This document shows, one piece after another, positions 1 to 7,795 of a stretch of 27,537 nucleotides of DNA. The notes below the pieces were generated by a model. That model was not told the origin of the DNA and did not search any database. It saw only the letters and a program-made list of their open reading frames with translations. The position numbers and the translations under genes were made by a program. The stretch covers positions 56,795 to 84,331 of the forward strand of contig NZ_KB892957.1 in NCBI RefSeq assembly GCF_000373985.1, written 5' to 3'. Source of the DNA: Desulfobacter curvatus DSM 3379. Its GTDB lineage: Bacteria > Desulfobacterota > Desulfobacteria > Desulfobacterales > Desulfobacteraceae. How positions within the stretch are numbered: position 1 is the first letter of the stretch; the number at the start of each line of letters is the position of its first letter.

Positions 1-162
1 ACAGAAGGGACATTTGCCGTCTGCGTCAAAATGTGATTCAATACATTCGACAACCTGACTATCATCGGAGAGATATGTAAGGGCATTCAGCAAGCTACTT
101 CGTTGACGATGATCCATTTCGGTGATTTTAAGCAATAATTGTGAAAAGTCTTTATTTTTCAT
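1..162 (-). CDS. Partial CDS (5' end only, runs off the left edge); possibly the zinc-ribbon N-terminus of an IS1595/ISXO2-like transposase
   Basis: Absent from the ORF track because it is truncated. ATG at 162-160 is preceded by GGAGGA (revcomp of 167-172) 4 nt upstream. Translation is MKNKDFSQLLLKITEMDHRQRSSLLNALTYLSDDSQVVECIESHFDADGKCPFC, open to base 1 and ending in a CPxC knuckle. The family call comes from remembered similar N-termini and is unverified. Confidence 0.45.
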   Translation of the reverse strand, partial: MKNKDFSQLLLKITEMDHRQRSSLLNALTYLSDDSQVVECIESHFDADGKCPFC

Positions 163-430
163 GATTTCCTCCTTCTTGGAGTATATCCAAAAGATAGAAA
201 TCATTTATTGAGTTTCAACATTTAAAGGGAACATAGCCAAACTTATTAACTTTCTTCTTAAGGCCTTTGCAATCAATTGGGGGCGGCTGGTAACGTTGAA
301 TTTTCTTTGCATGTTAGTCGCATGGAAATCAATAACCCGCTTACTGCAATTTAAAATTTGCATGGGTTGGCTTTGTCCGGGGGTGAACGGGTGTTGACAG
401 GCGGAAGATAATAACGCATTCTATGTACTG

Positions 431-1243
431 ATGGCAGAACTCTCTCCTATATCCGTCCCCCAAAAGGACAAAGACAGGCCCGGTGGCCCGGTTACTGTCA
501 TGACGTTTAATCTTCGGTTCGGTCTGGCCAAAGACGGGCCTCATGCCTGGGAATACCGCAAGCCCCTGGTGGAAAAAATTCTGAAAACCTATCCCTGCGA
601 TTTTATCGGCTTCCAGGAGGTCAACCATTTCCAGGCCGAATTTCTGACCAAGTCACTGATGCGTTACGGTCACATCGGCTGGTACAACAAAGAAGTTGAA
701 TGGTGGCAGAATACTCTGATCCTGTTCGACGCGTCATGGGAATGTCTGGGCCACCGCCACTTTTTCTTGAGCCACACCCCGGATATCCCCTCCCGGCTTC
801 CCGGTTCCAGATGGCCCCGGCAGTGCGTCATTGGATGGTTTAAAAAGAGAAACCGGCACCTGCTCATAGCCAACACCCACTTTGATTTCAAATCCGAGGT
901 CCAGCAAAAAAGTGCAGGCCTGGTCATGGATTTCTTTAAGCGCTTTCCAGAGGGCATACCCCAGATCATTACCGGCGACTTTAATACCACCCCGGGTTCC
1001 CCTGCCCATCGGTGTTTTAAATCCCGTAGATTTGGTCTGGTCATGGAAGACAAGCCTGTCACCACCTTCCATGATTTTACCGGAAAAGAAACAGGGCTCC
1101 ACATCGACTGGATACTATACAGGAACGGCCTGACGCCCATATCCGAACAGGTGATACAGGATTCCTTTAACGGCTGTTTTCCCTCTGATCACTATCCGGT
1201 CCGGGCCGGTTTTACCTGGACGAAGCAAGCCCACAAGCCGTAA
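431..1243 (+). CDS. Endonuclease/exonuclease/phosphatase (EEP) family protein
   Basis: 270-aa ORF with the EEP motif series: VMTFNLRFG, DFIGFQEV, ANTHFD, TGDFN, SDHYPV. No clear SD at 431, so the start is less certain than the gene. Confidence 0.85.
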   Translation: MAELSPISVPQKDKDRPGGPVTVMTFNLRFGLAKDGPHAWEYRKPLVEKILKTYPCDFIGFQEVNHFQAEFLTKSLMRYGHIGWYNKEVEWWQNTLILFDASWECLGHRHFFLSHTPDIPSRLPGSRWPRQCVIGWFKKRNRHLLIANTHFDFKSEVQQKSAGLVMDFFKRFPEGIPQIITGDFNTTPGSPAHRCFKSRRFGLVMEDKPVTTFHDFTGKETGLHIDWILYRNGLTPISEQVIQDSFNGCFPSDHYPVRAGFTWTKQAHKP

Positions 1244-1327
1244 AAGTCAATGATAAAGTGCCGCATGCCACCCATCAAAAAGTAGGCGTTGTTCGGATCT
1301 TATTTTTGGAGAAATCTTCAGCCGGGT

Positions 1328-1747
1328 CTAATCCCGGCCACCGACCGGAATATTGTCTATGACCATGATGTCCTGTGTTCCTATAAAGGCCTCACTGCCG
1401 GTCGTGTATCCGGTTAGTGTCAGTGTGTTATAATCGCCGATGCTCAGGCCGTCCAAAGTCTTTATTTCATCTGATTCAAATTTGGCAACAAAGTTGCCCC
1501 TGTCATCTGATTTCCACCAGTCTATGGCAACCCCGTTCAAAAACACACTCGCGCCGACCACCAGACTATAGGCAATGTCCGTATGAACCGTAACGATGGT
1601 ACTGTTGCTCTGAATGTTGAGTACATTGGGAGACACATCGATCGCAATGTCAAAAGCGTAACACGGGGCAGGCATTTGCAGCACAAGCAATGAGATGGCC
1701 ACAAAACCGCAAAAAAACAAACAAAAAGATTTCATTTTTTTTGCCAT
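1328..1747 (-). CDS. Small secreted protein of unknown function (signal peptide, beta-rich)
   Basis: 139 aa. SD GGAGAA lies about 8 nt upstream. The N-terminus MAKKMKSFCLFFCGFVAISLLVLQMPAPCYA/FD looks like a Sec signal peptide. The mature part is rich in V/I/T/S/G and contains DWWKSDDRGN. Same strand as, and 106 bp downstream of, the di-heme peroxidase gene. Confidence 0.7.
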   Translation of the reverse strand: MAKKMKSFCLFFCGFVAISLLVLQMPAPCYAFDIAIDVSPNVLNIQSNSTIVTVHTDIAYSLVVGASVFLNGVAIDWWKSDDRGNFVAKFESDEIKTLDGLSIGDYNTLTLTGYTTGSEAFIGTQDIMVIDNIPVGGRD

Positions 1748-1853
1748 GGCTTTTTCTCCTGTGTTGGCTGCCTGCCCCGCGATTCCAGGCTTTACCTTCT
1801 GAAACGGCGAAGGCAGGCGCTCATAGTTTTTTTAACTTTTTAATTATCGATTA

Positions 1854-2912
1854 TTAATAATCGTCCGTCAAGGTCATTAAAAATGCTTCGATCTTTACCA
1901 GATCCTCATCTGATAACTCCATGTTTCCGACTTTTGTTGACAGGTTGTCTGAAACTTCCGGTGTAAAACCGCTTCGGTCATTTATAAACTGAAGCATTTC
2001 CATGAGGGTTGGAAACATGCCGTTGTGGGAATAAGGGGCTGTAAGCGCAATATTGCGGAGGGTTGGGATTTTAAATTTACCGTTTTGATCCTCCTCTCCA
2101 ACCACAGTCCCCAGACCGAAATCCGGTCCATCTGACGGAATTCCCGGGTTAGCCGGCACGCCGATATTGTCGTATTTGTAATTAGTGAATAGGGGAGCCG
2201 GCGCATTAACATTCTTTTCCATGGAATGGCAGGAGACACAGTTGACCGCGAAAAGCTCAGCCCCTGCCAGCTCCGCATCAGAAAATTTTGCCGTTGGATC
2301 GTCAAACTTTGAGGTAAACTTAGTCACATCTGTGGAGCGCTCATATGCAGCTATGGCGATGCCGAAGTTGTCATAGGCTGCGTCCACGTCATCAAGCGAT
2401 CCAGTGCCGAAAACCCTGAGCCACAGGTTCAGGTAATCGGAATCCTTGATTACCTGAATCACCGCCTCTTTACTGGGCATGGCCATTTCAACCGAATTTA
2501 AAGGCGGACCCTGTGCCTGCTCGGCAAGTGGGTCACCCAGGGTCCAACCGGCTGCCCGGCCGTCCCAGAACATACCACCGACCCATTCATCACCGATTTT
2601 TTCCAAAATCGGACTAAACCCGGCATAGGCAGAAGAAGGCGCATTGCGTCCACCTTTGCTGACACCGTCTGCACCGGTTGAAACAAAATTGGTATCAGGA
2701 TTTAAATAATTGGTGATATCTGCAAACCCACTGAAGTGGTGATGGCAGTTCCGGCAGGATTGGCTACCGTTAACTGACATGTTCTTGTCGTTATACAGCC
2801 GCATCCCGAGTTTTTCTACATCGGAATTGACTGTCGGTCTGCCGCCGGCAGCCCAGACTGCCGAAATCAAAAATAGAGAACTTACTAGAATACTTGCCAA
2901 TTTTTTCTTCAT
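1854..2912 (-). CDS. Di-heme cytochrome c peroxidase / MauG family protein (periplasmic)
   Basis: 352 aa with a signal peptide and two CxxCH motifs (CRNCH, CVSCH). Carries the family signatures GMFWDGRA and PTLRNIALTAPYSHNG. SD AAGGAGAGG lies upstream of the ATG. Confidence 0.9.
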   Translation of the reverse strand: MKKKLASILVSSLFLISAVWAAGGRPTVNSDVEKLGMRLYNDKNMSVNGSQSCRNCHHHFSGFADITNYLNPDTNFVSTGADGVSKGGRNAPSSAYAGFSPILEKIGDEWVGGMFWDGRAAGWTLGDPLAEQAQGPPLNSVEMAMPSKEAVIQVIKDSDYLNLWLRVFGTGSLDDVDAAYDNFGIAIAAYERSTDVTKFTSKFDDPTAKFSDAELAGAELFAVNCVSCHSMEKNVNAPAPLFTNYKYDNIGVPANPGIPSDGPDFGLGTVVGEEDQNGKFKIPTLRNIALTAPYSHNGMFPTLMEMLQFINDRSGFTPEVSDNLSTKVGNMELSDEDLVKIEAFLMTLTDDY

Positions 2913-2955
2913 GTTCCTCTCCTTTTAATATTTTTTTGGGTATAAAATAAAGTTG

Positions 2956-2971
2956 TCTGCCGCAAGGCAGA
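2956..2971 (-). other. Stem-loop in the 5' region of the peroxidase gene (TCTGCC-N4-GGCAGA)
   Basis: Perfect 6-bp stem with a 4-nt loop, 44 nt upstream of the peroxidase ATG. It is followed on the minus strand by the T-rich CAACTTTATTTTAT. It could be a weak terminator for the upstream regulator gene or a 5'-UTR structure; the function is unresolved. Confidence 0.3.
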
Positions 2972-3047
2972 ATGTAGCCTGACTTGATGAACATTAGGAG
3001 CCGATAATATCTCACTTTACCAGATGCGATTTTGAAAGAATATTGGC

Positions 3048-3067
3048 AAAATGCCTAGTTCAGGCAT
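3048..3067 (-). terminator. Candidate weak intrinsic terminator after the LuxR-family regulator gene
   Basis: Minus strand reads ATGCCT-GAACT-AGGCAT followed by TTTGCC, about 46 nt downstream of the stop at 3113. The 6-bp stem and short T run make it weak. Confidence 0.3.
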
Positions 3068-3112
3068 AGCCGATGGCTTAAACTTGCGGGTAAAAAGGGC
3101 TTTACGACGAGT

Positions 3113-3772
3113 TTACAGGGTAGTTATCCCTTCACGTATGGCAAATTTGGTCAACTCCGCAATGGAATGGACGCCGATCTTTTCCATGATGTTTCTTCGG
3201 TGGGCATCAACGGTTTTTGAACTTACATGGAGTTTTTCAGCGACCTCTTTGGTATTTTTACCTTCGGAGATCAATTGAAGAATTTCGCGTTCCCGATCAG
3301 TCAAAGTCTTCCGATTTATACGCCGATTTGTATCATTTTCAGGAACAAAGCGTGACAGAAACCCGTCCACAATGGTCCCTGCAATTTCAGGGCTGATGTA
3401 GACCTGTCCTTTTGCCACCAGGCGGATGGCTGCCACCAGTTCTCTTGCAATGCAATTTTTCAGAATATAACCGGACACACCCGCCTGGAACATCCCTTCA
3501 ACAAAGCGTTTGTCCGAGTACATGGAAAGGGCCATAACTTTGGTATCGGGGGCCTCGGATAAGATCTTGCGGGTGGCTTCCATACCGTTTAAGTCGGGCA
3601 TTGAGACATCCATGATCACAAGATCCGGTTTAAATCTTTTAACTGCTGACAGTGCCGCCCTTCCAGTATCAGCCTCGGCAAGCACAAAAAGATCCTTTTC
3701 CCGGTCAAGAAGCAGCCTTAGCCCTTCACGAATTACATGATGATCATCGGCCAGAATGATATTTATTTCCAT
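3113..3772 (-). CDS. NarL/LuxR-family response regulator (REC + LuxR-type HTH)
   Basis: 219 aa. REC motifs: ILADDHHVIREGL, DLVIMDVSMPDLNG. C-terminal HTH: LTDREREILQLISEGKNTKEVAEKLHVSSKTVDAHRRNIMEKIG. SD AAGGAAG lies upstream. Confidence 0.92.
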   Translation of the reverse strand: MEINIILADDHHVIREGLRLLLDREKDLFVLAEADTGRAALSAVKRFKPDLVIMDVSMPDLNGMEATRKILSEAPDTKVMALSMYSDKRFVEGMFQAGVSGYILKNCIARELVAAIRLVAKGQVYISPEIAGTIVDGFLSRFVPENDTNRRINRKTLTDREREILQLISEGKNTKEVAEKLHVSSKTVDAHRRNIMEKIGVHSIAELTKFAIREGITTL

Positions 3773-3868
3773 GATGCTTCCTTTAAACGGTATTTTTTAA
3801 ACTTATAAAATAGTCTGTGTAACGCAGAGCTTTCAACTTTATTTGCGGGCTTAAACCACGGAGGAAAA

Positions 3869-5668
3869 TCAGGTCAGCCCGTGGCTGATATACGGGACCC
3901 TCAAAATTGCCCGGGTTCCCGCACCGGACTCAGACAGCACCAAGAACTTGCCGCCAATGGAGCTGAACCGTTCCCGGATGCTGAAAAGGCCGAACCCGAT
4001 ATTTTTATACTGTTTTTCAGGATCAAACCCAACCCCGTTATCCGTAACACGGATTTCAAAAAAATGCGCTTCTTGAGACAGGCAAACCGTCGTTTTTGAA
4101 GCATTTGCGTGTTTGATGATATTGTGAAGTAGTTCTCTTACTGTTCTGAAAATAAGAATACTCAAACTGTTATCCAGCCGATCTTCCTCCAGATCTCCCT
4201 CCAAAAGCATTTCGATGCCGCTTTCTCTGAAGGTGTTTTCCAATAGCCACTCCAAAGCCGGCTTTAATCCCAGTTCATAAAGTATCGGTGGGCTTATTTC
4301 GAAGGTCAAGGTACGGGTTTCCTGAATAATTTCTTCCAACTTATCTTCTATTTCTTTTATTTCCCCGGCCCGGCTCTTATTAACCGGCGTCCAAGACTCC
4401 TTGAGCATTGAGAGTTTTAACTGGCAGATCGCCAAATTTTGGCTGATCTGGTCATGAAGATCTGATGCAAGCCGTCTTCTCTCCCTTTCCTCCGTCAAAA
4501 GGAGTTTATAGGTGAGGTGCCGCAGCCGTGTCCGTTGGGACTGGAGTTCCTCTTCGTAACTTTTCCGCTCCCGGATTTCATGATTCAAACGGAGATTGGT
4601 TTGTTTCAAATTTTCATGAACCTGGGTCAGCTTGTTAAAAAGCGTTTGAAACTCACCGCATAAAATACCAATTTCATCATTCCGGTTTAAAAAGAGAGGA
4701 GATAGGGCCTGTTTTGAGTCTCCTAAAGATACGACCCTTGCCGTCAGTTTTCCCAAAGGATCAATCACTACCCGGTTCAATAAAAAAAACATCACAAGCA
4801 GCAGGATAAATCCGGCCAAAACAGTGGAAATCAAAACAAAAAACATGGTGTTCATTGCATATTTCATGATCTGCCGGGGAATTTCGGCCCGGATGATGAG
4901 GTCAGAGGAATCGGTCAGCCCCTTAAACACATCGTATACGAAAAGCATGTTTTTATCCTGTTCTTCAAATACGGGCCCGGGATTTTTTTGCAGACGTTCA
5001 AATATCGACCGGGATTCATCCGGCATAGACATGTCCTGTGAAAGCCAATATCGGTGGTCTACTTTAGTCTGGCCCTTAAGGGTTTTCATGTACCTCTCGT
5101 TTAGAAAGCGCCCCATGACCAGATAGCCTTTTGCCGGCCCGTGGTGAAGGCTTCGGATGACCGGCCGCGACGCCACAAGAAGTGGACCTTTTTCTGTGGC
5201 ATAAACCCCGGCAACACTGCTTTCTATATCTTTTGTGTGGGCCATGAATGCATGGGACATTGGAATACGGTCGTCCGGGAGTTCGGTGATATTCAGTTCC
5301 AGGCCGGTTTCTAAATCCAGCATTTTTTTCCATAGGACATGGCCGTCCAGATCCAGAAGCATAACGAGGTTTAATCTGTTGTCGATAAAAGTTGTATGAA
5401 CAAGATTCGACCGGATAAAGTCCATATTGGTGTTCTGAACGAAATCATACGCATCATCCCATGCCGCCCAGTCATGGACAAATTCGTCCAGGTAGTGAAT
5501 TTCCCTTCTGAGAGCTTCAAGGCACCGGTTCATGTCTTTATCGGCTTCAAGCCTTTCCTGCAAAACAAAACTCGGGAAAACCACAAAGCACTCAATACCG
5601 CAGCTTAAAACACCGTACAAAAGCAGTATTGTCAACAAAACGCCCAAAATTTTTGTTTTTAATTTCAT
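3869..5668 (-). CDS. Sensor histidine kinase: TM, CHASE4-like periplasmic domain, TM, HAMP, HisKA_3, HATPase_c
   Basis: 599 aa with two hydrophobic segments (about aa 7-30 and 275-297). HDWAAWDDAYDFV is typical of CHASE4. A coiled-coil linker follows. SDLHDQISQNL is the NarX/LiaS-type His box, and DNGVGF...GFGLFSIRER are the ATPase boxes. Sits upstream of its cognate-type regulator. Confidence 0.9.
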   Translation of the reverse strand: MKLKTKILGVLLTILLLYGVLSCGIECFVVFPSFVLQERLEADKDMNRCLEALRREIHYLDEFVHDWAAWDDAYDFVQNTNMDFIRSNLVHTTFIDNRLNLVMLLDLDGHVLWKKMLDLETGLELNITELPDDRIPMSHAFMAHTKDIESSVAGVYATEKGPLLVASRPVIRSLHHGPAKGYLVMGRFLNERYMKTLKGQTKVDHRYWLSQDMSMPDESRSIFERLQKNPGPVFEEQDKNMLFVYDVFKGLTDSSDLIIRAEIPRQIMKYAMNTMFFVLISTVLAGFILLLVMFFLLNRVVIDPLGKLTARVVSLGDSKQALSPLFLNRNDEIGILCGEFQTLFNKLTQVHENLKQTNLRLNHEIRERKSYEEELQSQRTRLRHLTYKLLLTEERERRRLASDLHDQISQNLAICQLKLSMLKESWTPVNKSRAGEIKEIEDKLEEIIQETRTLTFEISPPILYELGLKPALEWLLENTFRESGIEMLLEGDLEEDRLDNSLSILIFRTVRELLHNIIKHANASKTTVCLSQEAHFFEIRVTDNGVGFDPEKQYKNIGFGLFSIRERFSSIGGKFLVLSESGAGTRAILRVPYISHGLT

Positions 5669-5788
5669 GGCTAATAGTATTTGATTACAAGGGTAGAATC
5701 AAGCGGCGGGATATGAGATGTTTCTTTCTTAATTTAGGGATGTAACCAGGGATTATGTTGTTTTTTTATATGTTGCCGCCCTGATTCC

Positions 5789-5817
5789 TTGACTGATTAT
5801 GGGGACAGTGATAGCTT
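5789..5817 (+). promoter_or_regulatory. Candidate sigma70 promoter with extended -10 for the actin-like gene
   Basis: TTGACT (5789-5794), 14 nt spacer, TGA, then TAGCTT (5812-5817). The -35 is good, the -10 is poor, and a TG extension is present. Confidence 0.3.
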
Positions 5818-5882
5818 TGTCATGAAACAATTCCAAAACAGTTCACAACATATCCAAGCATATTACATCAGGAGGTCAAAAC

Positions 5883-7022
5883 ATGGAAATTATCGGTATA
5901 GATGTGGGGTTTGGTTTTACAAAAGCATATAACGGACAAAATTCGGTAATTTTCAAATCCCTGATCGGCGATGCGGCTGAAATTCAATTTATGTCATCCA
6001 TGGGCGATGTTGCCTCAACGGCCAACCTGCATATCACCCTGGACAATAAGACTTATTTTTTAGGATCCCACGCCGAGCGCCAGTCCAGCCTGACCGAATA
6101 TACCCTTGACCAGGAAAAAATGGTGGAAGAATTCATCAAGATTCTGGCCCTTGCAGCGGCAGGCACATGTTCCCAAACCCATGGCCCGATCAATGTGGTC
6201 ACCGGCTTGCCTGTGGCATACTTAAAACGGGATACCAAGCGGCTTAAACAGATTATCCAGGGTGAGCACGAAATTATATATCATCACCAGGACGCACCGG
6301 ATGAACACAGAAAACTTTCAATTGACAAGGTGCATGTCATTCCCCAGCCCATTGGTTCCATCTTTAACCTGATTTTTGACGATAACGGAAAAATCTGTGA
6401 CAGAGATTTTGCGGCCTCCAAGCTCGGGGTGGTGGATATCGGTTTTAAAACAACGGATTTTTCCATTTTTGATCATCTTCAGTACATTGAAAGGGGCTCA
6501 TCAACCATGGACACGGGGGTGTCCAAATGTTTTTCCGTGATTGCGGATAAGCTGCGCCAGGAAAGTGGGGTTAATATTGAACTTTACAAAATTTTTAAGT
6601 TCATCGAATCCGGCGTGATTAAAATCCGGGGCAAAGAGTATAATGTGATTAGTCTTAAAAAACGGGTGTATACCCATGCCGCCTCGGCCATTGCCTCTGA
6701 TCTGAACCGGTTGTGGAAAAATGACTGGGATATTGACTCCATTGTCGTATCCGGGGGAGGGTCTATCCCTTTGGCCGAATTTCTGATACCATCTGTTGAA
6801 GGCAATGTGATCCCCATTCCCAAGAGCATTGACGCCAGGTTCAATAATGTTCAGGGATATTGTAAATTTGGTCATTACAAGTGGGGAAAAGACAAGACGA
6901 TACCTTCCCGGCAGGCAGCGGCCCCCAAAGAGGAACCTTCAACCCGGGAAGAGGCACCTTCTTCGGAAGAAACAGATAAAGCAGGAAAAGGACTTGCCTG
7001 GTTAAGAAGGCAAAACGCTTAA
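5883..7022 (+). CDS. ParM/StbA (Alp)-family actin-like ATPase with a disordered C-terminal tail
   Basis: 379 aa, SD AGGAGG at 5871-5876. Actin-fold motifs: GIDVGFGFTKA (phosphate 1), VVDIGFKTTDFS (phosphate 2), IVVSGGGS (adenosine), PQPIGS. The last 45 aa are P/E/S-rich and end in GLAWLRRQNA. Confidence 0.8.
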   Translation: MEIIGIDVGFGFTKAYNGQNSVIFKSLIGDAAEIQFMSSMGDVASTANLHITLDNKTYFLGSHAERQSSLTEYTLDQEKMVEEFIKILALAAAGTCSQTHGPINVVTGLPVAYLKRDTKRLKQIIQGEHEIIYHHQDAPDEHRKLSIDKVHVIPQPIGSIFNLIFDDNGKICDRDFAASKLGVVDIGFKTTDFSIFDHLQYIERGSSTMDTGVSKCFSVIADKLRQESGVNIELYKIFKFIESGVIKIRGKEYNVISLKKRVYTHAASAIASDLNRLWKNDWDIDSIVVSGGGSIPLAEFLIPSVEGNVIPIPKSIDARFNNVQGYCKFGHYKWGKDKTIPSRQAAAPKEEPSTREEAPSSEETDKAGKGLAWLRRQNA

Positions 7023-7029
7023 ACGTTAT

Positions 7030-7791
7030 ATGAACATTGATACATTAACTAAAATTCTTTCTATGGTAGCTGACGGTGCACTGCCTGTCGGCCAGGCGGC
7101 AGATCAATTAAAACATCTCTCATTTGAAGATATCGGCTGCGCTCATGTGGATCATCACAGAGCCCTTCGCAAAGGTTTCCCCGAGGTGATTTTCGGGCAG
7201 GGTAAAACTTCGGGACAGATTATTGCCATTCTTGAAAAACTGGCACAATCGGAAAATATCGTGCTTGTCACCCGCATTGACCCGGAAAAGGCAGAAATGG
7301 TTCTTTCACGGTTTCCCAATGCGCAATACTTTGATGACGCACATCTGTTAAAAATAGAAAAACAGCCCCCTGAGATTACAGGCCAGGGGACGATCCTTAT
7401 TGTCAGTGCAGGAACCTCCGATATTCCGGTGGTCATGGAGGCATCTTTAACGGCAAAGGCCATGGGTAACCGGGTCGAAACGCTTTTTGATGTCGGGGTC
7501 GCAGGTATCCATCGCCTTTTCGCACATAAGGCCGACCTTGAAGAAGCATCTGTCATTATTGTTGCCGCAGGCATGGAAGGCGCCCTGCCATCGGTGGTGG
7601 GAGGTCTTGTCAAATCACCTGTCATTGCAGTGCCGACAAGTGTTGGTTACGGCACAAGCTTCAACGGCCTGACAGCCCTTTTGGGTATGCTGAATTCCTG
7701 CAGCTCAAATATTGCTGTGGTTAATATCGACAATGGCTTCGGGGCAGGTTATATGGCCTCGACCATTAACCATGTAGGCGTTGAAAAATAA
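7030..7791 (+). CDS. larB: Nickel-pincer cofactor biosynthesis protein LarB (PurE-like NaAD carboxylase/hydrolase)
   Basis: 253 aa, starting 7 nt after the preceding stop. Motifs GFPEVIFGQGKT, ILIVSAGTSDIPV, VGVAGIHRL, AAGMEGALPSVVGGL, PVIAVPTSVGYG and VVNIDNGFGAG match the LarB family as I remember L. plantarum LarB. Confidence 0.88.
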   Translation: MNIDTLTKILSMVADGALPVGQAADQLKHLSFEDIGCAHVDHHRALRKGFPEVIFGQGKTSGQIIAILEKLAQSENIVLVTRIDPEKAEMVLSRFPNAQYFDDAHLLKIEKQPPEITGQGTILIVSAGTSDIPVVMEASLTAKAMGNRVETLFDVGVAGIHRLFAHKADLEEASVIIVAAGMEGALPSVVGGLVKSPVIAVPTSVGYGTSFNGLTALLGMLNSCSSNIAVVNIDNGFGAGYMASTINHVGVEK

Positions 7792-7795
7792 CGCA

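Noticed and set aside
341-628. 95-aa minus-strand ORF overlapping the start of the EEP gene
   Set aside because: It overlaps the motif-supported EEP frame, and I recognise no SD or motifs.
5669-5882. Search for parC-like iterated centromere repeats upstream of the actin-like gene
   Set aside because: Only loose recurrences turned up (GGGAT x3, GATTATG x2), with no regular spacing. That is not enough to call a centromere.
6501-6875. 124-aa and 86-aa minus-strand ORFs inside the actin-like gene
   Set aside because: They are nested antisense to a gene with intact actin-fold motifs, and nothing supports them independently.
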